Assembly (NCBI GenBank): GCA_036518215.1
Contig: DATDNP010000083.1
Location: 1-51,861, forward strand
Direction: 5' to 3'
From: Candidatus Limnocylindria bacterium
GTDB lineage: Bacteria; Chloroflexota; Limnocylindria; P2-11E
Length of the DNA: 51,861 nucleotides
A program made the translations under genes and the position numbers. Shown in pieces: positions 9,850 to 18,488 of this stretch. The stretch's first letter is position 1. Every line of letters begins with the position of its first letter. The notes under the pieces were generated by a model. It did no database searches. It saw only the letters and a list, made by a program, of their open reading frames with translations, and had not been told where the DNA came from.

Positions 9850-10767
9850 TTGAGCGCATTCACAGAGCTCATCGGTCGCGGCGAGTTCGTCGTCACGGCC
9901 GAGCTCAATCCCCCGAAGAGCGCCGCCGCGAGCGTCGTGCGTCGCCGCGCGAGCGTGCTCAAGGGGTACGCCGATGCGGTGAACATCACCGACAGCAATC
10001 GCGCGGTCGTCGCGATGGCCGCGATCCCCGCCGCCGTCCTCGTGCGTGAGGCCGGGGTCGAGCCGATCGTGCAGATGACCGGCCGCGATCGCAACCGCAT
10101 CGCGCTCCAGGCGGATCTCCTCGGCGCGAACGCGCTCGGACTCGAGCACTTCGTGTTCATGAGCGGCGACGACCCGAAGCAGGGGAACCATCCCGACGCG
10201 GTGAACGTGAAGGACCTCGACGGGATCGGCCTCGTGAAGATGGCCGTCCGGATGCGCGATGAGGGGAAGTTCCTGTCCGGGGACGAGCTGAAGCAGCCGC
10301 CACGCTACGTCGTGGGAGCGACCGCGTCACCGTTCACGAAGCCGATGGAGGCCGACGTCGCGAAGACGGTCGAGAAGATCGCGGCCGGCGCCGACTTCCT
10401 GCAGACCCAGCCGGTGTTCGACCTCGCGACCTTCGGCCGCTGGCTGGCCGAGGTCCGGCGCGCGGCTCCGCGGAACGTCGCGATCATCGCGGGCGTCTTC
10501 GTGCTGCGCTCGGCCGAGCAGGCCGAGCGGCTCGCGAAGATCCCGGGACTCGCGCTCGGCCCCGACGTGCTCGAGCGGATGAAGCGAGCGGACGACGCGG
10601 AGGCGGAAGGCGTCTCGCTCGCGGTCGAGATGGTGCGAAGCCTGCGCAAGCTGCCGGGGGTCGGCGGCGTGCATCTGTATGCGATCGAATGGCCGGAGGG
10701 CGTCGCGCGCGTCGTCGAAGGCGCCGGCCTCTACCCGCGAGCGAAAGTGAAGGAGGCCGTCCATTGA
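9850..10767 (+). CDS. metF: Methylenetetrahydrofolate reductase
   Basis: FVVTAELNPPK, AVNITDS, TGRDRNRIALQADLLGA, SGDDP, KIAAGADFLQTQPVFD and GVHLY. Confidence 0.92.
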   Translation: MSAFTELIGRGEFVVTAELNPPKSAAASVVRRRASVLKGYADAVNITDSNRAVVAMAAIPAAVLVREAGVEPIVQMTGRDRNRIALQADLLGANALGLEHFVFMSGDDPKQGNHPDAVNVKDLDGIGLVKMAVRMRDEGKFLSGDELKQPPRYVVGATASPFTKPMEADVAKTVEKIAAGADFLQTQPVFDLATFGRWLAEVRRAAPRNVAIIAGVFVLRSAEQAERLAKIPGLALGPDVLERMKRADDAEAEGVSLAVEMVRSLRKLPGVGGVHLYAIEWPEGVARVVEGAGLYPRAKVKEAVH

Positions 10768-11732
10768 AGACGACCGTCATCGGCGCCTATCCGAAGATCT
10801 CCGACGAGCGGCAGGACCTGCGCCGCGCGCTCCACGCGCACGACCGCGGCGAGCTCGACGACGCCGCGCTCGACACCGTGTACGACGAGACGATCGCGTG
10901 GGCCGTCGGCGAGATCCATTCCGCCGGGATCGACGTCCCGAACGACGGTCACATCCGCTGGGACGATCTGCTCGCGCCGTTCGCGAGCGGCTGGAAGAAC
11001 TGCGAGCGGGGACCGCTCGAGCGCTTCTACGACAACAACACCTACTTCCGGCAGCCCGTCGTGAAGGGACCGATCGAAAGCGACGGAAAGACGCTCGTGC
11101 GCGACTTCACGTACGCGAACAAGCTCGCGAGCGGGATGAAGGCGGGGATCTGCGGGCCGCTCACGTTCGCGACGCTCACCGCGGAGGATCGCCACTACAA
11201 GACCCTCGAGGACCGGACGCTCGCCGCGGCGGACGCGCTCGCCGCGGAGCTGCGCGGCCTCAAGGCCGCCGGCGCGCCGCTCGTCGACGTGGAGGAGCCC
11301 GCGCTCGCGGCGCACCCGGAGCTCATCGATCTCGAGCGCGCAGCGTTCGATCGGCTCGCGAAGGCGGGCGTGCCGCTCGCGCTCCATGCGTACTTCTTCC
11401 CGATCGACACGATCATCGCGAAGCTCGCGTCGTTCCCGATCGCGCAGCTCGGCGTCGATGCGCGGAGCCGCGAGACGTCCGCGAAGGCGATCGACGCGCT
11501 CGGCGCGTTCACGGGCACCGTCGTCCTCGGCATCGTCGACGCGCGGAACACCGCGGTCGAGACGCCGCGCGAGCTCGCCGATCTCATCGAGCGCGCCATC
11601 GGCCGCGTCTCGTACGACCGGCTCTGGTTCTCGCCGACGACGGGTCTCGAATACCTGCCGCACGACATCGCGGTCCGCAAGCTGTCCGCGCTCGTCTCGG
11701 CCGCGCGCGCAACGAAGGGGGTGCCGGCGTGA
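10764..11732 (+). CDS. Split cobalamin-independent methionine synthase, N-terminal (non-catalytic barrel) part
   Basis: AGGAGG plus TTG in a TTGA overlap with metF. TTVIGAYPK, DGHIRWDD, RFYDNNTYFRQP, GPLTFA and VLGIVDARN. Zn ligands absent (HAYF, PTTGL). Confidence 0.82.
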   Translation: MKTTVIGAYPKISDERQDLRRALHAHDRGELDDAALDTVYDETIAWAVGEIHSAGIDVPNDGHIRWDDLLAPFASGWKNCERGPLERFYDNNTYFRQPVVKGPIESDGKTLVRDFTYANKLASGMKAGICGPLTFATLTAEDRHYKTLEDRTLAAADALAAELRGLKAAGAPLVDVEEPALAAHPELIDLERAAFDRLAKAGVPLALHAYFFPIDTIIAKLASFPIAQLGVDARSRETSAKAIDALGAFTGTVVLGIVDARNTAVETPRELADLIERAIGRVSYDRLWFSPTTGLEYLPHDIAVRKLSALVSAARATKGVPA

Positions 11733-12712
11733 GCGAGATCCTATTGACGACGACGGTCGGCTCGTTCGGGAAGCCCGACTATCTGCAGAAGGCGCGCAAC
11801 CAGAACGCGCGCGGCAAGCTCTCCGACAGCGACCTCGAGCAGCTCGAGCGCAAGGCGACCGAGGAGTGGATCCGCCGTCAGGAGGCGATCGACCTCGACA
11901 TCCTCGTCGACGGAGAGATGTACCGCGGCGACATGGTCGCGTATTTCGCGGAGCGTCTCGAGGGGTTCACGATCGGCGGCCTCGTGCGCTCGTACGGGAA
12001 CCGCTACTACCACAAGCCCGTCATCGCATCGAAGGTCCGCCGGCCGAAGGCGATGACCGTCGACTGGTTCCGCTACACGCAAGGCCTCACCGATCGTCCG
12101 GTGAAGGGCATGCTCACGGGGCCGTACACGATGCTCGACTGGTCGTACAACGAGGCCTACAAGACGCGGCGCGACGCCGCGCTCGCGCTCGCCGAGGTCA
12201 TCCGGCAGGAGGCCGAGGACCTCGAACGCGCGGGCGCGAAATACATCCAGATCGACGAGCCCGCGATCCATGCGCGACCCGAGGAGATCGACATCGCGAT
12301 CGAGGCGATGGGCGTCGTCACGCAGAACCTGAAGGCGAAGACGGTGTCGCACATCTGCTACGGCGACTTCGCCGCGATCTACCCGAAGGTCCTCGAGCTC
12401 CCCGTCGACCAGCTCGATCTCGCCATGTCGAACTACGAATACCGCTGGCTCGATCTGTTCAAGCAGCATCCCTTCACGAAAGAGCTCGCGATCGGGATCG
12501 TCGACGTGCATTCGCACCGCCTCGAGACGGTCGACGAGGCCGCGGAGGGGATCCGCAAGGGGCTCGCGTACGTGAAGCCGGACAAGCTCCTGCCGCATCC
12601 CGACTGCGGGCTCAAGACACGCACGGTCGAGGAGTCGCTCGACAAGTGCCGCGTCGTCGTCGAGGCCGCGAAGAAAGTGCGCAGCGAGGTGTCCAAAGCG
12701 GCGGCCGTGTAG
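11729..12712 (+). CDS. metE: Split cobalamin-independent methionine synthase, catalytic Zn barrel
   Basis: GTGA overlap. TTTVGSFGKP, VDGEMYRGDMV, VRSYGNRYY, KGMLTGPYT, IQIDEPA, Zn ligands HICYG and HPDCGLKTR. Confidence 0.9.
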   Translation: MSEILLTTTVGSFGKPDYLQKARNQNARGKLSDSDLEQLERKATEEWIRRQEAIDLDILVDGEMYRGDMVAYFAERLEGFTIGGLVRSYGNRYYHKPVIASKVRRPKAMTVDWFRYTQGLTDRPVKGMLTGPYTMLDWSYNEAYKTRRDAALALAEVIRQEAEDLERAGAKYIQIDEPAIHARPEEIDIAIEAMGVVTQNLKAKTVSHICYGDFAAIYPKVLELPVDQLDLAMSNYEYRWLDLFKQHPFTKELAIGIVDVHSHRLETVDEAAEGIRKGLAYVKPDKLLPHPDCGLKTRTVEESLDKCRVVVEAAKKVRSEVSKAAAV

Positions 12713-12769
12713 GCCCTACAGTGGACCGCGGACCAGGGCGACGCGGTCACACCATCGTGGGGAGCGCAC

Positions 12770-14101
12770 ATGGCCATGCTCGTCGAGGAGACGACCGATC
12801 TCCTCCAGCACCTCATTCGGAACGCGTGCGTGAACGACGGCACGCCGCAGTCGGGCCACGAGCTCCGCAGCGTCGACACGCTCGAGAGCTACCTGCGTGT
12901 CCCCGGCGTGGAGATGCGGCGGTACGAGCCGGTGCCGGGACGGGGGAGCCTCGTCGTTCGCATCGAGGGCAGCGACAAGACCGCGCCGAGCCTGCATCTC
13001 ATGGGACACACCGACGTCGTCCCGGTGACGCCGTCGGGCTGGCGGCACGACCCCTTCGGCGGCGAGCTCATCGACGGCGAGGTGTGGGGCCGCGGCGCGA
13101 TCGACATGCTCGACGTCACGGCGTCGATGGCCGTCGCGCTGAAGCAGCTGCTCACGACCGGTTTCCGGCCGAAGGGGACGCTCATCTACTCGGCCGTCGC
13201 CGACGAGGAGGCCCTCGGGACGCATGGCGCGCAGTGGCTCACCGAGAACGCATGGGACGACGTGAAGAGCGACTACCTCGTGACGGAGTTCGGTGGCGCG
13301 CGCATCCCGATCGGACAGGGCGCGAAGCTGCCGATCATGACGGCGGAGAAGGGCTCGCAGTGGACCCGGCTCCGCGTGAAGGGCACGCCCGGACACGGCT
13401 CGATGCCGTACCGCAGCGATAACGCCCTCGTGAAGGCGGCCGAGCTCATCACGCGCATCGCGAAGTACAAGGCGCCGCTTCACCTGCGGGGCGTGTGGAA
13501 GGAGTTCGTCGAGGGGATCGACCTGCCGACGGTCCAGCGCATGGCGCTCACGACCGCCGCGACGTTCGACGCCGCGCTCGATCGGCTTCCCGCGGGCGCC
13601 GACAAGATGATGTACGCCGCCACGCGCACGACGTTCTCGCCGAATATCGCGCACTCGGGCATCAAGCTGAACGTGATCCCGGACAGCGCCGAGATCGACG
13701 TCGACATCCGTCTCCTGCCGGGTGACGAGGGCGACGGCGTGCGCGCGATGCTGCGTGACGCGGCGGGCGACCTGTGGAAGGACGTCGAGATCGTCGCCGA
13801 GGGCGACAATCCCGCGACCGAGTCGCCGCGCGACACGCCGCTGTGGCGTGCGCTCACGAAGGTGACGCAGCAGCTCGTCCCCGACTCGACGACCGTGCCG
13901 TTCCTCGTCGTCGGCGCGACCGACGCGCGGTTCTTCCGTCGCAAGGGCGTCATCGCGTACGGCTATGGCCTCATGAGCCAGCAGATCCCGTTCGGCGAGT
14001 TCTCGAAGCTCTTCCACGGGAACAACGAGCGCGTCGACCTCGACACGCTGAAGCTCATGACGCCGCTCTGGGAAGGCGCGATCCGGGAGATGGTCGGCTA
14101 G
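12770..14101 (+). CDS. M20/M25/M40 family metallo-hydrolase
   Basis: LMGHTDVVP, WGRGAIDM, ADEEALG, KGTPGHGS, GATDARF and FHGNNER. Confidence 0.92.
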   Translation: MAMLVEETTDLLQHLIRNACVNDGTPQSGHELRSVDTLESYLRVPGVEMRRYEPVPGRGSLVVRIEGSDKTAPSLHLMGHTDVVPVTPSGWRHDPFGGELIDGEVWGRGAIDMLDVTASMAVALKQLLTTGFRPKGTLIYSAVADEEALGTHGAQWLTENAWDDVKSDYLVTEFGGARIPIGQGAKLPIMTAEKGSQWTRLRVKGTPGHGSMPYRSDNALVKAAELITRIAKYKAPLHLRGVWKEFVEGIDLPTVQRMALTTAATFDAALDRLPAGADKMMYAATRTTFSPNIAHSGIKLNVIPDSAEIDVDIRLLPGDEGDGVRAMLRDAAGDLWKDVEIVAEGDNPATESPRDTPLWRALTKVTQQLVPDSTTVPFLVVGATDARFFRRKGVIAYGYGLMSQQIPFGEFSKLFHGNNERVDLDTLKLMTPLWEGAIREMVG

Positions 14102-14106
14102 ACCGC

Positions 14107-14964
14107 GTGGCGTACGACCCGTTCGGCCGAGGTCCATACGCGGTCGGCACCACGACGCTCGCCCTCACCGACACGTCGCGCGAGCGCGCGATCCCGGTCG
14201 CCGTGTGGCGGCCCGAGGGCGTCACGACGGCGCCGCTCCTCGTCCATTCGCACTCGAGCTACGGCCACCCACGCCAGTCGTCGTTCCTGTGCGAACACCT
14301 CGCGAGTCACGGCTACGTCGTCGCGGCGCCCGAGCACACCGGCAACACGCCCGCGGACCTCCGTCCACGGGGCGCGCCGCCGCTCACATCCGACGAGCTC
14401 GACGCGCTCGTGCGCCGCATGATCGGCGACCGCGTGCCCGACGTGCGCTTCACGCTCGACCGCATGCTGGCCGGCGGCGCGGGCATCGCGATCGACCCGG
14501 CACGCGTCGGCGTCCTTGGATGGAGCTTCGGTGGATGGGCGGCGCTCGCCACGCTCGAGCAGGACGCGCGCCCGGCGGCGGTCGCCGCGCTCGCCTCCGG
14601 CGGCGGCTCGAACCCCTTGCCCGGCATCATCCCCGCGACCTTGACGTTCCGTTGGTCGCGCGTCGTGCCCGCGCTCTTCCTCGCGGCGGACCGCGACCAG
14701 TACATCCCGCTCGCCTCCGTCGCCGAGCTGTACGAGCGCGCCCCGGGGCCGAAGCGGATGTACACGCTGCGCAACGCGGACCACGGCCACTTCGCGGATG
14801 AGGTGCCGCCCGGCATGTGCGACGCGACGCACGCGCACGCATTCACGCGCGCGCTCACCCTCGCGCACTTCGACGCCGCGCTCCAGGCGAATGAGGCGGC
14901 GCGCTCGTTCATGGCCGGCGACGTCGTCGCAGCGCTCCGCGCGCGGGGGATCGCGGCCGACTGA
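14107..14964 (+). CDS. Alpha/beta hydrolase (PAF-AH/dienelactone-hydrolase-like)
   Basis: GPYAVGT, LLVHSHSSYG, LASHGYVVAAPEH, nucleophile GWSFGG, AADRD and HGHF. Confidence 0.85.
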   Translation: MAYDPFGRGPYAVGTTTLALTDTSRERAIPVAVWRPEGVTTAPLLVHSHSSYGHPRQSSFLCEHLASHGYVVAAPEHTGNTPADLRPRGAPPLTSDELDALVRRMIGDRVPDVRFTLDRMLAGGAGIAIDPARVGVLGWSFGGWAALATLEQDARPAAVAALASGGGSNPLPGIIPATLTFRWSRVVPALFLAADRDQYIPLASVAELYERAPGPKRMYTLRNADHGHFADEVPPGMCDATHAHAFTRALTLAHFDAALQANEAARSFMAGDVVAALRARGIAAD

Positions 14965-14974
14965 CGCGCTGGGG

Positions 14975-15409
14975 CTACTGCCCGAGCGCCGCCCGAAGCT
15001 TCGTCGCGATCGCGTCCGCCTCACCGGCGGCGTAGCGCGTGCGCATCCAGAACGTGCGTCCTGGCGAGAACAGCCGGTCACCCTTGCTCCGGGGGACCAC
15101 GTGCACGTGCACGTGCGGCACGCTCTGGCTGATCCGTGTGTTCGAGAGCACGAGCGACCCCTCCGCGCCGAGCGCGGCCTGCATCGCGATCGAGATGCGG
15201 CGCACGACGGAGAAGAGCGGCACGAGCGCGTCGTCCGGAAGATCGTCGAGCGTCTCGTAATGGACCGCGGGAACGACGAGCGTGTGGCCCTTGATCACGG
15301 GCGCATGGTCGAGGAACGCGACGGTGTGCGCGTCGCGATACACGGCGTCGTGATCCGCACCGGCGACGACGGCGCAGAACACGCAGTCCTTGCTCGTCGC
15401 GCGCGCCAT
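14975..15409 (-). CDS. HIT family hydrolase
   Basis: DCVFC, KGHTLVVP and HIT motif QSVPHVHVHVVPR. Confidence 0.93.
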   Translation of the reverse strand: MARATSKDCVFCAVVAGADHDAVYRDAHTVAFLDHAPVIKGHTLVVPAVHYETLDDLPDDALVPLFSVVRRISIAMQAALGAEGSLVLSNTRISQSVPHVHVHVVPRSKGDRLFSPGRTFWMRTRYAAGEADAIATKLRAALGQ

Positions 15410-15410
15410 G

Positions 15411-16550
15411 TCAGCGGCCGTACAGCTCGAGGATCTCGCGCCGGAACGGGACGCCGGCCTTCTCGCGCAGGCGCTCGAACTCCTCGAAGTCCCACTCGCC
15501 GACGAACGTGACGGCGACGCCGGTCTCGCCGGCGCGACCCGTCCGACCGATGCGGTGCGTGAACGTCTCGGCGTCCTCGGGGAGGTCGTAGTTCACCACA
15601 TGGCTGATGTCCTCGATGTGGAGGCCGCGCGCCGCGAGGTTCGTCGCGATGAGGATCTTCACCTCGCCGCTTCGGAACTTCTCGAGCGTGCGCTCGCGCT
15701 CGCGCTGCGTCAGGTCCCCGTGGATCGCCGCGACCGCATGGCCGCGCCGCGTCACCTCATCGAGGAGACGGTCGACGCCGCGCTTCGTATGCCGGAAGAC
15801 GAGGACCTGCTCCGTCTCCCACCGCCGCAGGAGCTCCTCGAGCACGCGCGGCTTGTCCTCCTCGAGCACCTCGACGTACACCTGCTCGACGCTCTCGGTG
15901 GTCCGCCGCTCGGGATCGATGGCGATCTGGACGGGATCGTTCGTGAAGCGGTACGCGAGATCCTTGATCTCCCCGGTGAGCGTGGCGGAGAAGAGCGCGG
16001 TCTGACGCTGCTTCGGGACCATGCGCAGCAGGCGGCGGACATCGGGCGCGAATCCCATGTCGAGCAGGCGGTCGGCCTCGTCGAGCACGACGATGCGGAT
16101 CCCGTCCAGCTTCAGCGTGCCGCGCTGGATGTGATCGAGCAGTCGGCCCGGCGTGCCGATGATGATCTGGACGCCGCGCTTGAGCGCGCGCTCCTGCGGT
16201 CCGTACGGGACGCCGCCGTAGATCGCGACCTCGTGCGTATGTCGGAACTTCCCAAGCGCGCCGAACTCGCGTGTCACCTGCGTGGCGAGCTCGCGCGTCG
16301 GAACGACGACGAGCGCCTGCGGCCGCGCGTCGCCGGCATCGACGCGCGTGATGATCGGGATCGCGAACGCCGCGGTCTTGCCCGTCCCGGTCTGCGCCTG
16401 CGCGAGCACGTCGCGGCCCGCCTTGAGCGCCGGGATCGCCTGCGACTGCACGGGCGTCGGCACCATGAAGCCGAGCTCGTCGATCGCGCGCGCGACATCG
16501 GGATCGAGATCGAGATCGGCGAAGCCGCTGACCTTCGCGGTGTCTGTCAC
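15411..16550 (-). CDS. DEAD-box RNA helicase (minimal core)
   Basis: Q motif PTPVQ, AQTGTGKT, PTRELA, TPGRL, DEAD, SAT, HGDL and HRIGRTGRAG. GTGA overlap with the deoC stop. Confidence 0.95.
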   Translation of the reverse strand: MTDTAKVSGFADLDLDPDVARAIDELGFMVPTPVQSQAIPALKAGRDVLAQAQTGTGKTAAFAIPIITRVDAGDARPQALVVVPTRELATQVTREFGALGKFRHTHEVAIYGGVPYGPQERALKRGVQIIIGTPGRLLDHIQRGTLKLDGIRIVVLDEADRLLDMGFAPDVRRLLRMVPKQRQTALFSATLTGEIKDLAYRFTNDPVQIAIDPERRTTESVEQVYVEVLEEDKPRVLEELLRRWETEQVLVFRHTKRGVDRLLDEVTRRGHAVAAIHGDLTQRERERTLEKFRSGEVKILIATNLAARGLHIEDISHVVNYDLPEDAETFTHRIGRTGRAGETGVAVTFVGEWDFEEFERLREKAGVPFRREILELYGR

Positions 16551-17236
16551 CCCTCGCCGCGCCGCTGGCGAAGCTCGTCGAGGATCGCTTTCGTCGACGA
16601 CGTACCGAGCCGGCTCGCACCCGCCTCGAGCATCGCGAGCGCGTCGTCGAGCGTCCGGATACCGCCGGCGGCCTTCACCCCGATCTTGTCGCCCACGACC
16701 TCGCGCAGCAGCCGCACGTCCTCGACGGTCGCACCCTCGGGTCCGAAGCCCGTCGAGGTCTTCACGAAGTCGGCATCCGCCGCGAGCGCGATCTGCGCCG
16801 CGATCGCCTTCTGCGCGTCGTCGAGATACGCGCACTCGAGGATGACCTTCACGATCGCCTCGTTCGCGTGCGCGAGACCGACCACCATCCCGACCTCGCG
16901 CTCGATCGTCGCGTAGTCCTTGTCGACGAGCGCGCCGATGTTGATCACCATGTCGAGCTCGACCGCGCCGTCACGAAGGGCGTTCGTCGCCGTCCCCACC
17001 TTCACCTCCGGCGCCTGACCGCCGTGCGGGAACCCGATGACGGTCGACGTGACGACCCCCGAGTCCTTGAGGAGCCGGACCGTGTCGGGCACGTAGAAGG
17101 GCTTGACGCACACGCTCGCGATGTGCTCTTTGCGCGCGATCGTGCACGCGTCGACGACATCGCGCTCACCCTGGGTCGGCTTGAGGACCGCGTGATCGAT
17201 GACGGAGGCCAGCTCGGGGACTGACGGTAAGCTCAT
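16547..17236 (-). CDS. deoC: Deoxyribose-phosphate aldolase
   Basis: IDHAVLKP, TVIGFPHG, ELDMVINIG, VKVILEC, FVKTSTGF and KAAGGIRT. Confidence 0.96.
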   Translation of the reverse strand: MSLPSVPELASVIDHAVLKPTQGERDVVDACTIARKEHIASVCVKPFYVPDTVRLLKDSGVVTSTVIGFPHGGQAPEVKVGTATNALRDGAVELDMVINIGALVDKDYATIEREVGMVVGLAHANEAIVKVILECAYLDDAQKAIAAQIALAADADFVKTSTGFGPEGATVEDVRLLREVVGDKIGVKAAGGIRTLDDALAMLEAGASRLGTSSTKAILDELRQRRGEG

Positions 17237-17299
17237 CGTCGCTTCGCGCCGATTCGCATAGGACCTGTCTTCGCAGGGGCTCCGCCCCTGCCACCCCGG
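17233..17299 (-). repeat. Bipartite palindromic leader cassette, copy 1 (deoC)
   Basis: Blocks 17233-17253 (21 nt) and 17270-17299 (30 nt) match 47918-47938 and 47956-47985 at 50 of 51 nt. Confidence 0.9.
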
Positions 17300-17310
17300 A
17301 CTACGGCCAT
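17233..17310 (-). CDS. Putative 25-aa upstream ORF coupled to deoC (MAVVRGGRGGAPAKTGPMRIGAKRR)
   Basis: GGAGG-aaca-ATG at 17310. Its TGA overlaps the deoC ATG (ATGA). Confidence 0.5.
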   Translation of the reverse strand: MAVVRGGRGGAPAKTGPMRIGAKRR

Positions 17311-17342
17311 TGTTCCTCCAGTATCGCGGGTATGCTCGGCCG

Positions 17343-18488
17343 GTGCCTGGCTCGTTCCGGATCGCGCGGATCTTGGGCATCGACATCCGCGTGCATCTCT
17401 CCTGGCTGCTCATCTTCTTCCTCGTCACGTTCTCGCTCGCGAACGAGGTGTTCCCGTTCAACTATCCGACGTGGTCGGAGCAGAAGACGATCATCGTCTC
17501 GGCGATCGCGGCGCTCCTGTTCTTCTGCTCCGTCGTCGTCCACGAGTTCGCGCACGCGCTCGTCGCGCGCCGGTTCCGCATGTCGGTGTCGTCGATCACG
17601 CTGTTCCTCCTCGGCGGCGTCGCGAGCCTGACGAAGGAGCCGCCGAGCGCGAAGGCCGAGTTCTTCATGGCGGCGGCGGGTCCCGCGACCAGCCTCGTCA
17701 TCGGCGGCGTCGGCCTCGGCGTCGGAACGCTCGTCGGGAACTCGCTGGCGACCGCCCCGAGCCTTCAGCCGGTCGAGGCGATCGCCGGATACCTCGGCGA
17801 GGTGAACATCCTCGTCGCGCTCTTCAACCTCATCCCTGGGTTTCCGCTCGACGGCGGACGCGTCCTTCGCTCCGCCATCTGGGCGATCCGCGGCGACCGC
17901 GCGGCTGCGACGAAGATCGCCGCTCGCGGCGGGCAGGCCGTCGCGGGTCTCTTCGTCCTGTACGCCGCGTATCGCGTGCTCCAGCAGGACGTCGCGGGCC
18001 TCTGGTACGGCATCATCGCGTACTTCCTGTACGGGGCAGCCTCGCAGACGATGGAGCAGGAGCGCGTTGTGCGCGCCGTGGGAAGCGCGCGCGTCGCACA
18101 GCTCATGACGACGGACTTCCGCTCGACGACGCCCAACACGTCGATCGGAGACCTCGTGCGTGACGTCGTGCTCCCGTACAACCTGCGAGCGATCCCGGTC
18201 GTCGACGCCGCGCATCTCGTCGGCCTCGTCACGATCGGCGACCTGCGGAAGGTCGAACAGGATGCGTGGCCGACGACGCGCGTCGACGCCGTCATGACGC
18301 GGGTCGAGGATCTCTCGGTCGTGGGCGTGAACGACGATCTCGTCGTCGCGCTCGAGCGATTCGGTGCGGATGTGCCGCTCCTCGCGGTCGTCGACGCCAC
18401 GGGCGCGCTCGCCGGACTGCTCTATCGCGAATCGGTCATCGGGTACGTGCGCATGCGGGAGATGCTCGGCTTCGATCAGCGTCGCTGA
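17343..18488 (+). CDS. Site-2 protease (M50) with CBS-domain pair
   Basis: HEFAH, LFLLGGVA, AAAGP and FNLIPGFPLDGGR, followed by two CBS repeats. TATGCT -10 box lies 6 nt before GTG. Confidence 0.93.
   Translation: MPGSFRIARILGIDIRVHLSWLLIFFLVTFSLANEVFPFNYPTWSEQKTIIVSAIAALLFFCSVVVHEFAHALVARRFRMSVSSITLFLLGGVASLTKEPPSAKAEFFMAAAGPATSLVIGGVGLGVGTLVGNSLATAPSLQPVEAIAGYLGEVNILVALFNLIPGFPLDGGRVLRSAIWAIRGDRAAATKIAARGGQAVAGLFVLYAAYRVLQQDVAGLWYGIIAYFLYGAASQTMEQERVVRAVGSARVAQLMTTDFRSTTPNTSIGDLVRDVVLPYNLRAIPVVDAAHLVGLVTIGDLRKVEQDAWPTTRVDAVMTRVEDLSVVGVNDDLVVALERFGADVPLLAVVDATGALAGLLYRESVIGYVRMREMLGFDQRR

Noticed and set aside
10764-11740. Frameshifted metE pseudogene
   Set aside because: Both halves are full-length barrels with clean coupled start/stop overlaps and SD-like sequences.
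11729-12712. Folate-independent core methionine synthase
   Set aside because: An N-terminal-barrel homologue and metF are in the same SAM-controlled unit, which favours folate-dependent split MetE.
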